Origin: Oscillospiraceae bacterium
GTDB taxonomy: Bacteria; Bacillota; Clostridia; Oscillospirales; Oscillospiraceae
DNA: 64,000 nucleotides
Assembly: GCA_012513005.1 (NCBI GenBank)
Contig: JAAZCZ010000061.1
Coordinates: 5,680-69,679, forward strand
Direction: 5' to 3'
Position numbers and translations under genes: made by a program. How positions within the stretch are numbered: the stretch's first letter is position 1; each line of letters opens with the position of its first letter. Of the stretch, positions 17,558 through 28,292 are shown in pieces. The notes beneath the pieces were generated by a model that searched no databases, was not told the origin of the DNA, and was given only the letters and a program-made list of their open reading frames with translations.

Positions 17558-19537
17558 TTAGTTCTGCTGCCTGCTCAAGCTATCAATGCTATCTCTGCCG
17601 TATGCATAAACAGAAACTAATACAGAAGCTATTGCAACGGATGAATCCAAGAAAATAGAAAACCAAATTGCTCCCGCTCCCATTGTTGCAACTGTTAAAA
17701 GAATAAGCTTTACAAGTAAAGCAGTTCCTGCAACCATATAGGAAAACAAATTAGAAAACTTAGAAATTTTAATTGCAGAAACCAAAGAAGAAGCAGAATC
17801 ACTAACTATGACAACATCTGATTTCTTAGGTAACGAAATGCCCTCAAGATCGCTGTATTCAATACTCAAATCAGCTTCCTCACGAACACTGATTGAAGCT
17901 GCTCTTCCACTAACATAAATAACTGTTTTACTCGGTGAGCAGGTGTTTCTGATGTCGGCAACTTTTAATGCTTTTTCTTTGTCACTTAATTTGCAATAAT
18001 ACTCAGTTATTCCTAGCTGTGTTGCGGTATTATAAGCGCCCTCGGCACTTTCAGATGTAAGCATTACTACTTCCGCACCAAGATCCAAAAGCTGAGAAAT
18101 AGCGGCAGAAGCGTCGCTTCGTAGTGCATCACTTAAGACCAGGTGCCCTGCATATTCTCCTCCGATTGCGATGTAAATAATTTCACCGTATTCCGAATCG
18201 ATCTCGGGAACAAAAATACTCTTTGCTGCCAATAAGTCTTTGTTGCCTGCGCAAATTGAAACGCCGTCAATTGTGACTTCTACCCCGGAATTTGGTATTT
18301 CTACAAAATTCTGAATAAGGTCTATATATATCGTGCCGGTGTATGATGAGATGATTGATTTAGCCTGTGCAGAGCTTGAATATGCAAAAGCGTGTGCACA
18401 TATTTTTAGCAAAACTTCTGAACCCATTCGTTCGGAAACTACTGATGTTACCTTTGGCATACCCTCAGTTAATGTGCCTTCTCTGTCAAAAATAAGCACT
18501 CCTGCATCTGCAGACTCTGCAACAGAAATACAGTTAGAAAACAGCACACCGTGTTTAGCAGCCCAAGCAAGCCCCGCAAGTTTGATTAGCGGCATGGCAA
18601 CCATAATTGCACAAGGATTTGCAACAATAAGGAAGCTAAGAGCGCGGTTAATAGATTCAAGAGGCTCTATCTTCATAACAAAATGAAGTACAGGCATTGC
18701 AATTATTGACAGAATCATAAACACCGGTGTAAGGAATGTAGCAACAGATGATATAGGTAGTGGCGCCGGCGCCTCATTTTTTGATGCTTCCAAAACAGAA
18801 TTAGTAATAAAAGCTGCTGCTGATTCTTCCATTGTTGAAACAACTTCACAGCGAAGCTTCGTGCCGATGTTGAGACTACCGGAGTAAATTTCATCGCCCT
18901 CAAAAACCGGAGTAGTTTTTTCAAAGGAGCCTAAATTGCTAAGGTCTACTGAAGAAGAACCTTCAACAACAATGCAGTCACAGGGGAAAATCTGCTTAGG
19001 ATAGACTACAATGATATCTCCTATATTCAGCTCGGCTGCTAAGACCTCACATTCGTCATTATCCTTTATAATGTTTGCAAATAGTGTCTGAGGAAACAGT
19101 GCATCTTTTATTGTGTAAAATGTTTTATGATAGCAAAACTCGATGATAATCTCAGCAATTTGAAAGATAATCACCGTTGCAGCTGCCTCTGCTCCCCTGC
19201 CAATTATAAGTGCAATTGCCACGGTTAGAGTTATCAGAACAGTTTTATCAAAAAATTCCTTGTTTATAACGCTTTTAAACGCAGCAAAATAAATATCTGA
19301 ACCGGAGATAGCGGCAGATAATACCAGAAGTATTGTCTGTAAAATAATGGAGGAGCCTGCAAGAATTAATGCTATTGAAAAAATAATACTTGCGACAAAC
19401 AGTCTGACAACAAACCAAAGCTGAGGCTCATACTCACCTTCAGTACAACAGTGTGTACCATAAGCACTACCGCAACAATTTGAACTGCAGGAAAACCGAC
19501 TGTTACAAAGCATATCAATGACTGTAGAAAATGTCAT
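17558..19537 (-). CDS. P1B-type (heavy-metal) P-type ATPase homologue with degenerate catalytic motifs
   Basis: The overall architecture aligns by eye with CadA/ZntA: TM helices, A-domain, NPC in the TM6-equivalent (ANPCAIMVAMP), then P/N domains and two C-terminal TMs. The motifs read FDREGTLT (for DKTGT), NLGSFEKTTPV (for TGES), MLTSES (for TGDN) and VSGRAAS (for GDGxND). The N-terminus is Cys-rich (CNSRFSCSSNCCGSAYGTHCC). Strong GGAGG RBS 6 nt before the ATG. Confidence 0.8.
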   Translation of the reverse strand: MTFSTVIDMLCNSRFSCSSNCCGSAYGTHCCTEGEYEPQLWFVVRLFVASIIFSIALILAGSSIILQTILLVLSAAISGSDIYFAAFKSVINKEFFDKTVLITLTVAIALIIGRGAEAAATVIIFQIAEIIIEFCYHKTFYTIKDALFPQTLFANIIKDNDECEVLAAELNIGDIIVVYPKQIFPCDCIVVEGSSSVDLSNLGSFEKTTPVFEGDEIYSGSLNIGTKLRCEVVSTMEESAAAFITNSVLEASKNEAPAPLPISSVATFLTPVFMILSIIAMPVLHFVMKIEPLESINRALSFLIVANPCAIMVAMPLIKLAGLAWAAKHGVLFSNCISVAESADAGVLIFDREGTLTEGMPKVTSVVSERMGSEVLLKICAHAFAYSSSAQAKSIISSYTGTIYIDLIQNFVEIPNSGVEVTIDGVSICAGNKDLLAAKSIFVPEIDSEYGEIIYIAIGGEYAGHLVLSDALRSDASAAISQLLDLGAEVVMLTSESAEGAYNTATQLGITEYYCKLSDKEKALKVADIRNTCSPSKTVIYVSGRAASISVREEADLSIEYSDLEGISLPKKSDVVIVSDSASSLVSAIKISKFSNLFSYMVAGTALLVKLILLTVATMGAGAIWFSIFLDSSVAIASVLVSVYAYGRDSIDSLSRQQN

Positions 19538-19581
19538 CGCAATCCTCCTTAATAATATATAAAAAGTATGGGTATTGGGTG

Positions 19582-20517
19582 TTATGCTGTATGAGCACTT
19601 CCCAAAACATTGGTAATTTTGTGTGCAACAAGAGCTTTTATTGCTGCCCTTGCAGGCTTTAAATACTGCCGAGGATCAAAGTCGGCAGGGTTTTCTGCAA
19701 AATGCTTTCTTATAGTCGCAGTCATTGCAAGCCTTAGATCGGAATCAATATTTATCTTGCAAACTGCTCCCGCAGCTGCCCTTCTGAGCTGGTCTTCCGG
19801 AACACCAACGGCACCGGGCATATTACCACCGTATGTATTAATAATATCAACTAAGTCTTTGGGTACAGAAGAAGCTCCGTGCAGAACAATCGGGAAATTA
19901 GGAAGTCTTTTTGCAATCTCATCTAAAATATCAAACCTGAGTTGCGGCTTGGTGTCCGGTTTAAATTTAAATGCCCCATGGCTGGTTCCTATTGCAATTG
20001 CCAAGCTGTCGACATTTGTTCTAGCCACAAACTCTTCTACTTCCTCAGGCCTTGTATACGATGAATCCTCAACAGAGACATTTACATCATCTTCAATTCC
20101 TGCCAGTCTGCCGAGTTCAGCTTCGACAACTACACCATGGTCATGAGCATATTCAACAACTTTTCTTGTTAACGCTATATTGTCCTCAAAGCTATGCTTT
20201 GACCCGTCTATCATTACTGAAGAAAACCCACCATCAATGCAACTTTTGCATAGTTCAAAGGTATCGCCGTGATCTAAATGGAGGCAAATGGGCAGCTCGG
20301 TTTCAATCACTGCTGCTTCAACAAGCTTCATGAGATAGGTATGGCTTGCATATTTACGAGCTCCTGCAGATACCTGAAGAATGAGAGGAGATCTAAGCTC
20401 CTTGGCGGCTTCGGTTATTCCCTGAATTATCTCCATGTTGTTTACATTAAAAGCTCCTATTGCATAGCCTCCTGCATAGGCTTTCTCAAACATTTCTTTC
20501 GAAGTAACAATACCCAT
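19582..20517 (-). CDS. fba: class II fructose-1,6-bisphosphate aldolase
   Basis: Class II FBA motifs CLHLDHGD, VLHGASSVP and GVCKINIDSD; 311 aa; GGAGG RBS. Confidence 0.92.
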   Translation of the reverse strand: MGIVTSKEMFEKAYAGGYAIGAFNVNNMEIIQGITEAAKELRSPLILQVSAGARKYASHTYLMKLVEAAVIETELPICLHLDHGDTFELCKSCIDGGFSSVMIDGSKHSFEDNIALTRKVVEYAHDHGVVVEAELGRLAGIEDDVNVSVEDSSYTRPEEVEEFVARTNVDSLAIAIGTSHGAFKFKPDTKPQLRFDILDEIAKRLPNFPIVLHGASSVPKDLVDIINTYGGNMPGAVGVPEDQLRRAAAGAVCKINIDSDLRLAMTATIRKHFAENPADFDPRQYLKPARAAIKALVAHKITNVLGSAHTA

Positions 20518-20578
20518 AAAAGCTTACCTCCTAAACAAAAATTTATACTACAAAAGCATAGTATTACTTTTATACTAG

Positions 20579-20607
20579 TTCATTATAGCCCAACAATATG
20601 ATATAAT
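20579..20607 (+). promoter_or_regulatory. candidate extended -10 promoter for pfp
   Basis: TGATATAAT (20599-20607) with a weak -35 TTCATT (20579-20584) at 17 nt. Confidence 0.3.
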
Positions 20608-20640
20608 CAATACAACCTTTATCTATTTGGAGGGATAAAT

Positions 20641-21885
20641 ATGAACACTATTTTAAAAGGCGCATGTATAGTTGGTCAATCAGGCGGTCCGACTTCTGTT
20701 ATTAATGCAAGTGCATACGGAGTGATAAAAACTGCACTCGAATCGGATTTTATTACAAAGGTTTATGGCGCTGCTAACGGCATTGTAGGAGTATTAGACG
20801 ATAGACTGTATGATATGTCGTGTGAGGATGCGGAAGAACTTCGTCTGTTAATGAATACGCCCTCATCAGAATTGGGCTCTTGCAGATATAAAATTGCAGA
20901 CCCTAAAAAAGATGATTCTGATTACAAGCGTATACATGAAATATTTATAAAATATGATGTGCGATATTTCTTTTATATCGGCGGCAACGACTCAATGGAC
21001 ACCTGCAATAAAATTAGCAGCTATATGCAAAGTGTGGGATATGAATGTCGTGTTATCGGAGTGCCCAAAACAATTGACAACGACTTATTCGGAACAGATC
21101 ATTGCCCCGGGTTTGGAAGCGCAGCTAAGTATATTGCTACTACTTGCGCTGAAATTTATAAAGACGCACATGTATACAATACAGGAATGATAGTAATAAT
21201 AGAAATTATGGGCAGACACGCAGGATGGCTTGCAGGCAGCGCGGCATTAGCCTCGGTTTGCTGCTGTGGTCCTGATCTTATTTATTTGCCGGAAATTCCG
21301 TTTGATATGGATAAGTTTATAAATGATGCCAAATCAATATATGATAAGAATTCAAACTGTATTGTGGCTGTCTCTGAGGGAATTCACTATGAAGACGGTA
21401 GTTTCGTGTCTGAGGCAAAGGTGAGCTCAACAGACGGCTTCGGTCATGCACAATTGGGTGGCTTGGCTGCTCTTTTAGCCCACAATATTAAAGAAAAAAC
21501 CGGAGCAAAGGTTCGTGGAATAGAATTATCTCTTTTGCAAAGATGCGGTGCGCATTTAGCTTCGGAAACTGACTTAAATGAAGCTTTCATGGCCGGAGAA
21601 GCTGCGGTTAATGCTGCCGTTTCGGGCATCAGCGGTCAAATGGTTGCCTTTGAACGCTCATGCGGCAGTGACGGGGAATATCTCTGCAGTACAAATTTAA
21701 TCCCTCTCTCCTCTGTCGCCAACTTAGAAAAGAAAGTGCCGTTGGAATGGATTACGAAAGAAAAAAATGGCGTAACCCAAGAGTTTATTGATTATGCTCT
21801 GCCCCTAATTCAAGGTGAACCTGAACGGGCAACTGAAAACTCACTTCCGCGCTATGCAAGGCTAAAAAAGATACTCGCAAAATAA
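20641..21885 (+). CDS. pfp: diphosphate--fructose-6-phosphate 1-phosphotransferase (PPi-dependent phosphofructokinase)
   Basis: PFK family (GGPTSVINAS, MGRHAGWLA). It has Asp in IGGNDS and Lys in VPKTIDND at the two positions (E. coli PfkA G104/G124) that distinguish PPi- from ATP-dependent enzymes. The 414-aa length is typical of short PPi-PFKs. Confidence 0.8.
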   Translation: MNTILKGACIVGQSGGPTSVINASAYGVIKTALESDFITKVYGAANGIVGVLDDRLYDMSCEDAEELRLLMNTPSSELGSCRYKIADPKKDDSDYKRIHEIFIKYDVRYFFYIGGNDSMDTCNKISSYMQSVGYECRVIGVPKTIDNDLFGTDHCPGFGSAAKYIATTCAEIYKDAHVYNTGMIVIIEIMGRHAGWLAGSAALASVCCCGPDLIYLPEIPFDMDKFINDAKSIYDKNSNCIVAVSEGIHYEDGSFVSEAKVSSTDGFGHAQLGGLAALLAHNIKEKTGAKVRGIELSLLQRCGAHLASETDLNEAFMAGEAAVNAAVSGISGQMVAFERSCGSDGEYLCSTNLIPLSSVANLEKKVPLEWITKEKNGVTQEFIDYALPLIQGEPERATENSLPRYARLKKILAK

Positions 21886-21917
21886 GTAACTAGCTGAAGT
21901 TAATATAAAAAAATAAT

Positions 21918-21955
21918 AAGGAGAAAGCCGTATTAATGACTTTCTCCTTTTTCTT
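21918..21955. terminator. bidirectional terminator between pfp and the HAD hydrolase gene
   Basis: AAGGAGAAAG-ccgtattaatga-CTTTCTCCTT followed by TTTCTTATT; an A-run lies upstream. Confidence 0.7.
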
Positions 21956-21964
21956 ATTATTTTG

Positions 21965-22612
21965 TCAGAAAAACAGTGCTTGCCTTAGTTCAGAAACATT
22001 ATCTACAACCCTAATAGCACCGGCATTAATTAGCTCACCGGGCTCAGCAAAACCCCAGTTTACGCCGATGCAGGGTATTCCGCATGCCTTTGCACCTAAA
22101 ACATCATTGTCTCTGTCCCCTACCATAACAGCTGTAGACTTATCAGAATTGCATAAGAGCTCGGCGATTACTTCGCTCTTTTCCATTCGTGTACCATTAA
22201 ACTCACTTCCGAGCACAGCACTAAAATGGTTTAAATAGCCATATCTCTCCAAAATCTCAATTGTATAGGGTGTGGGCTTCCCTGTTGCAACGCAGACAGA
22301 ATAGCCTGAGTCACTGAGCTCTTTAACAAACGGAAAAATATCGGGGTAAGGCTTACACTCTAAAACGCCCTTGACCTTGTATCTATCCCTGAACTTTTTA
22401 ACCATTTCACGAGATTTTTCTATTGGAATCTTGTATCTGCGTGCAAAAGAAAGTTCTAAAGGCGGACCAACAAAACTTCTCAGGGCATCTAAATCCGGCT
22501 CATTATAGCCAAATGACTCGGCAGCGTACTGAACAGATTTTAGTATTCCTTCGCCTGTATCAAACAATGTTCCGTCAAAATCAAAGAGTACAGTATCATA
22601 TTTTCTTTTCAT
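21965..22612 (-). CDS. HAD-superfamily hydrolase (phosphoglycolate phosphatase / PpaX-like)
   Basis: HAD motif I VLFDFDGTLFDT, motif II VATGK and motif IV VGDRDNDVLGA. It is the last gene behind eno. Confidence 0.8.
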   Translation of the reverse strand: MKRKYDTVLFDFDGTLFDTGEGILKSVQYAAESFGYNEPDLDALRSFVGPPLELSFARRYKIPIEKSREMVKKFRDRYKVKGVLECKPYPDIFPFVKELSDSGYSVCVATGKPTPYTIEILERYGYLNHFSAVLGSEFNGTRMEKSEVIAELLCNSDKSTAVMVGDRDNDVLGAKACGIPCIGVNWGFAEPGELINAGAIRVVDNVSELRQALFF

Positions 22613-22626
22613 ATATAAACGGATGC

Positions 22627-23961
<1,335 letters not shown>

Positions 23962-25485
23962 CTATATTAATGATTTACCTGTCATAATTTCGGGTTTTTC
24001 TATTCCCATTGCGGTTAGTATAGTTGGCGCAATATCGGCTAGCCTGCCCGAAGAACTAAATTTTTTATCTGTACCGCAAATTATAAACGGAACCGGGTTT
24101 GTTGTGTGTGCGGTATTTGGACTTCCGTCATCACCGAACATTTTTTCTGCGTTGCCATGATCTGCCGTTATAAATAGAATAATATTATTTTCTTCTGCGG
24201 CTTTTATTATTCTACCAAGGCATAAATCAACAGTTTCAACAGCTTTAACGGCTGCCGGCAATACACCTGTGTGACCAACCATATCACAGTTTGCAAAATT
24301 GCACACATAAAAACCGTAGCTGCTGTCACTCATTGCTTCTACAAGCTCATTACAGACAAGTTCGGCACTCATCTGCGGAATAAGATCGTATGTCGCAAAT
24401 TCCCTCGGTGACGGAATTAATACTCTTGTCTCACCTTCATACTCAGTTTCAGTGCCACCGTTAAAAAAGAAAGTAACGTGCGCATATTTTTCTGTCTCAG
24501 CTATTCGAAACTGCCTTATTTTGTGCCGACTTATAACTTCACCAAGAGTATCTTTAATACTAAAGGGAGGAAAAGCAATGGGCAAACCCAGAGCCTCATC
24601 ATAGGAAGTTGTGCAGACATAATTTACATTTAGTTCTTCTCTGCAAAAATTCTTTGCTTCTGCAGGCAAGTTACCTGTTATAGCCCAGGTCATTTCTCTT
24701 GCTCTGTCAGGACGGAAGTTCATGAAAATAACGCTGTCTCCGTCTTTAATATGGCCGTCAGCAAAATACACTGTAGGCTCAAAAAACTCATCGGTTACGC
24801 CATTTTCATAGCTTCTTTTAATATCTTCTACCGGACTCTCCCCTGTTTGCCCTTGCCCTTTAACTATTGCATCGTAGCCTTTTTGCAGTCTATCCCAACG
24901 CTTGTCTCTGTCCATGCCCCAAAATCTGCCCTGTATACTGGCAATTTTAGTGTTTGGCTTATCTTTTATAAAATCAAGAAGCATGCTTACAAAGGATGCT
25001 CCTGAAGTCGGGCTCACATCTCTGCCGTCTAAAAAACAATGAATGTATGTTCTTTTAACACTGTGTTCATTTACCATTTTAATCATGGCAAAAATCTGAC
25101 TTATTAAACTATGTACTCCACCGTCAGACAAAAGCCCTAAAATATGAACAGCTTTGTCGTTCCTCACTGCAGAATCAATGGCGTTTAAGTAGATCGGATT
25201 TCTGAAAAAATCTCCATCTTCAATAGCCTTTGTTATTAATGGATTATTTTGAAACACTACCCTTCCTGCGCCAATGTTCATATGTCCGACTTCGGAATTT
25301 CCCATTTGTCCATCCGGAAGACCTACATCAAGCCCGGAAGCTAATAGTGTTGTGCCATTGCAGTTTTGATTAAGCAAGTCCCAATTTGGGGTATTTGCAA
25401 TTGAAATTGCATTGCCGTTTTCATTATTGCTGAGCCCAAAACCGTCTAATATTACTAATGCTGCTCTTTTGGTTTTTTCCATCAC
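23962..25485 (-). CDS. gpmI: 2,3-bisphosphoglycerate-independent phosphoglycerate mutase
   Basis: LVILDGFG, GNSEVGHMNIGAGR and TADHGNAE motifs. The GTG at 25485 or the ATG at 25482 overlaps the tpiA stop (TGATG). Confidence 0.95.
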   Translation of the reverse strand: MMEKTKRAALVILDGFGLSNNENGNAISIANTPNWDLLNQNCNGTTLLASGLDVGLPDGQMGNSEVGHMNIGAGRVVFQNNPLITKAIEDGDFFRNPIYLNAIDSAVRNDKAVHILGLLSDGGVHSLISQIFAMIKMVNEHSVKRTYIHCFLDGRDVSPTSGASFVSMLLDFIKDKPNTKIASIQGRFWGMDRDKRWDRLQKGYDAIVKGQGQTGESPVEDIKRSYENGVTDEFFEPTVYFADGHIKDGDSVIFMNFRPDRAREMTWAITGNLPAEAKNFCREELNVNYVCTTSYDEALGLPIAFPPFSIKDTLGEVISRHKIRQFRIAETEKYAHVTFFFNGGTETEYEGETRVLIPSPREFATYDLIPQMSAELVCNELVEAMSDSSYGFYVCNFANCDMVGHTGVLPAAVKAVETVDLCLGRIIKAAEENNIILFITADHGNAEKMFGDDGSPNTAHTTNPVPFIICGTDKKFSSSGRLADIAPTILTAMGIEKPEIMTGKSLI

Positions 25486-26258
25486 TCGAAGTCCACTGTA
25501 CTTTCAATTATTTTTGCAAGTTCGGCAGGATCCAAGGAAGACCCGCCGATTAAACCGCCGTCTATATCGGGCTGCGCCAAAAGTTCAGCACAATTCTTAG
25601 AATTCATAGACCCGCCATAAAGAATACTGACAGAGCGAGCAGTTCTGGCATCAAAGTTATCTCTGATTACTGTTCGAATTTTCGCACAAACCTCTTGCGC
25701 CTGAATGGCAGTTGCAGTCTTTCCTGTTCCTATTGCCCATATAGGTTCATATGCAATGACGCATTTTCTGACATCCTTTGCCTCTAAACCCGAAAGAGCT
25801 GCTTTTGTTTGGTATGTGACATAATCAAAAGTGAGTCCGTACTCTCTCTGCAATAATGACTCTCCGACACAAATGATTGGCGTCACGCCTGCAGATAAAA
25901 GCTTTTTAACTTTTGCAGATACCTGAAAATCAGTCTCGTTGTGGTATTGTCTTCTCTCTGAGTGCCCTACAATACAGTATCTGACTTCAATATCTGCCAG
26001 CATTGAAGCAGAAATTTCGCCGGTATATGCTCCAAAATCGTGTTCAGATACATCCTGAGCACCACAAACTATCCTTGTGTCTCTCATTGTGCGAGTAATG
26101 CTTGTGGCAAGAACAGCCGGGGCACAAATAACAGTGTCGCATGTTTTTGCTTTAGGCATTGCGCCTCTTAGCTCCTGTAAAAACGGGCGCACATCCGAGG
26201 CGAGTTTATTCATTTTCCAGTTTCCGGCAATTATTACCTTACGATACTTTCGGTTCAT
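25482..26258 (-). CDS. tpiA: triose-phosphate isomerase
   Basis: AGNWKMN, VGHSERR and IAYEPIWAIGTG. I chose the ATG at 26258 because the ORF-track upstream codons TTG-GAG-GTT are themselves the GGAGG RBS. Confidence 0.94.
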   Translation of the reverse strand: MNRKYRKVIIAGNWKMNKLASDVRPFLQELRGAMPKAKTCDTVICAPAVLATSITRTMRDTRIVCGAQDVSEHDFGAYTGEISASMLADIEVRYCIVGHSERRQYHNETDFQVSAKVKKLLSAGVTPIICVGESLLQREYGLTFDYVTYQTKAALSGLEAKDVRKCVIAYEPIWAIGTGKTATAIQAQEVCAKIRTVIRDNFDARTARSVSILYGGSMNSKNCAELLAQPDIDGGLIGGSSLDPAELAKIIESTVDFE

Positions 26259-26275
26259 ATTAACCTCCAAATATG

Positions 26276-27466
26276 TTATTTATCCAGTAAACACGCTATA
26301 CCGGGCAAGTCTATACCTTCAAGAAATTCAAGCGAAGCTCCGCCACCTGTACTAATATGAGTAATTTTGTCGGCAAATCCCGATTTCTCAACAGCAGATG
26401 CTGAATCTCCGCCACCAACAATTGTAGTTGCGCCTGATTCAGCAACAGCCTTGGCAAGTGACATTGTGCCTCCGGCAAAGTTTGCAAACTCAAAAACTCC
26501 CATGGGTCCGTTCCAAACAATAGTTCCCGCACCAATAAGAGCATCACTAAATAGTTTGATTGTTTTAGGTCCTATATCCATTCCCATCATGTCGCTTGGT
26601 ATATCGCCTTCAATAAGGATAGGAGTAGAATCAGCCGAAAATTCTGTAGCACAAAGATTGTCGATAGGAACTAATAGCCTAACGCCTTTTTCTTGTGCTT
26701 TATTAATCATCTCTTTGGCGTAATCAATCTTATCCTCTTCCAGCAGGCTTTTGCCAATCTCGATTCCCTCGGCTTTTAAGAAAGTGTATGCCATGCCGCC
26801 ACCGATAATAATTGTGTCTGCCTTTTGCAGAAGATTATTGATAACACCGATTTTATCGGAAACCTTTGCCCCGCCCAAAACAGAAACAAAAGGTCTTACA
26901 GGGTTGTCAAGCGCTCTACCTAAAATCGATACTTCTTTTTCGACTAAAAGCCCGGCATATGCCGGCAAAAACTCAGAAACACCTGCTGTTGAAGCATGTG
27001 CTCGGTGAACTGTTCCAAACGCATCAGACACATAAACATCAGCAAGGGATGCAAGCTCTTTTGCAAAGGATGAGTCGTTCTTTTCCTCTCTCGGATCGAA
27101 ACGGAGGTTTTCAAGCAATAATAATTCACCCGGCAAAAGGTTTTTTGCTTTGCTTTTAGCATCCTCTCCAATAATATCTTCAGCAAATATTACATTTTGC
27201 CCCAGGAGTTCAGACAGCATTTTTGCAACAGGAGCAAGGCTGAGTTCCTTTTTCCACTCCCCTTTAGGTTTGCCTAAATGTGAGCAAGCAATTACAGCAG
27301 CGCCATTTTTCAGCAAGTGAGTTATTGTGGGCAGTGCTGCTGTCACTCTTGCGTTACTTGTGATTTCACCTGTTTTCTTATCAATCGGGACATTAAAATC
27401 ACATCTTAAAAGTACCTTTTTTCCTTTTGGGTCAAAGTCGTTTATTGTTTTCTTGGAATAATTCAT
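26276..27466 (-). CDS. pgk: phosphoglycerate kinase
   Basis: LLRCDFNVP, the [14 protein letters not shown] blocks, and GGGDSASAV. Confidence 0.96.
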   Translation of the reverse strand: MNYSKKTINDFDPKGKKVLLRCDFNVPIDKKTGEITSNARVTAALPTITHLLKNGAAVIACSHLGKPKGEWKKELSLAPVAKMLSELLGQNVIFAEDIIGEDAKSKAKNLLPGELLLLENLRFDPREEKNDSSFAKELASLADVYVSDAFGTVHRAHASTAGVSEFLPAYAGLLVEKEVSILGRALDNPVRPFVSVLGGAKVSDKIGVINNLLQKADTIIIGGGMAYTFLKAEGIEIGKSLLEEDKIDYAKEMINKAQEKGVRLLVPIDNLCATEFSADSTPILIEGDIPSDMMGMDIGPKTIKLFSDALIGAGTIVWNGPMGVFEFANFAGGTMSLAKAVAESGATTIVGGGDSASAVEKSGFADKITHISTGGGASLEFLEGIDLPGIACLLDK

Positions 27467-27957
27467 ACGCCATCCTCCAATTTCATATTTCCGAATTGTT
27501 TTAATCCTTTAAAGTTTTGCTGACGCAATGCTTCATATGCAAGTACCGCAGCTGCATTTGAGAGATTTAAACTTCTTGCATCTGTAATCATAGGGATTCG
27601 AATGCAGCGTTCGCGATACTTTTCAAGAAGCCATTTGGGCAGCCCGGCTGTCTCCTTACCAAACATAAATACGGTGTCCGAGCTAAAATCACAGTCATAA
27701 TAACTCATTGGAGCCTTTGTCGTTGCAAGCCAAAGATTATCATCTCCATTTGCTTCAAAATATTCTTCAATATTGTTATATATTTTAATTTTAAGCAAAT
27801 GCCAGTAATCCAAGCCGGCTCTTTTTAATGATTTGTCTGAAATATCAAATCCCAAAGGCTTAATAAGATGAAGAGCTGCATGAGTACACGCACATGTTCT
27901 CGCTATTGCTCCGGTATTATTAGGAATTTCCGGTTCAAATAAAACTATATCTACCAA
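27463..27957 (-). CDS. trmL: tRNA (cytidine/uridine(34)-2'-O)-methyltransferase TrmL (SpoU/TrmH family)
   Basis: About 160-aa SPOUT protein with [16 protein letters not shown] and a C-terminal [10 protein letters not shown] knot motif. The TTG start has an AGGGAAG RBS. Its TGA overlaps the pgk ATG (ATGA). Confidence 0.85.
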   Translation of the reverse strand: MVDIVLFEPEIPNNTGAIARTCACTHAALHLIKPLGFDISDKSLKRAGLDYWHLLKIKIYNNIEEYFEANGDDNLWLATTKAPMSYYDCDFSSDTVFMFGKETAGLPKWLLEKYRERCIRIPMITDARSLNLSNAAAVLAYEALRQQNFKGLKQFGNMKLEDGV

Positions 27958-28002
27958 GTGTTCTTCCCTGCCGATTAATAATTAAAAAATTTTGCTTTAA
28001 TC

Positions 28003-28031
28003 ATTTTACTACCAATTTTTGAACAATTCAA
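28003..28031 (-). promoter_or_regulatory. candidate sigma-A type promoter for trmL-pgk-tpiA-gpmI-eno
   Basis: On the minus strand: TTGAAT (28026-28031), 17 nt, TAAAAT (28003-28008), about 45 nt upstream of the trmL start. Confidence 0.35.
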
Positions 28032-28292
28032 TATCAAATTGCCTAAAAATTCAATTTTTCATAATTTTATTGCGTATAATTTAACAGAGTATATTTTTAG
28101 TATAAACTATTTCAGGAAGAAAAATTTATAAAATCACAGACAAAAGATGTTTTGCCTAGAGCCTAAAAACTAATAATAACTATATATAGATTTTATTAGA
28201 CAAAATTCATTAATCTTGCTATTATCTATACAAGTATAGTCAGATAGATTTAAACTAATTTTATATGCTAATGCATAATGGGAGGAAAAATA

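Noticed and set aside
21936-22238. 100-aa plus-strand ORF starting inside the pfp/HAD terminator.
   Set aside because: It is antisense to the HAD hydrolase gene, whose motifs I, II and IV are intact. Its start codon lies in the loop of the terminator hairpin.
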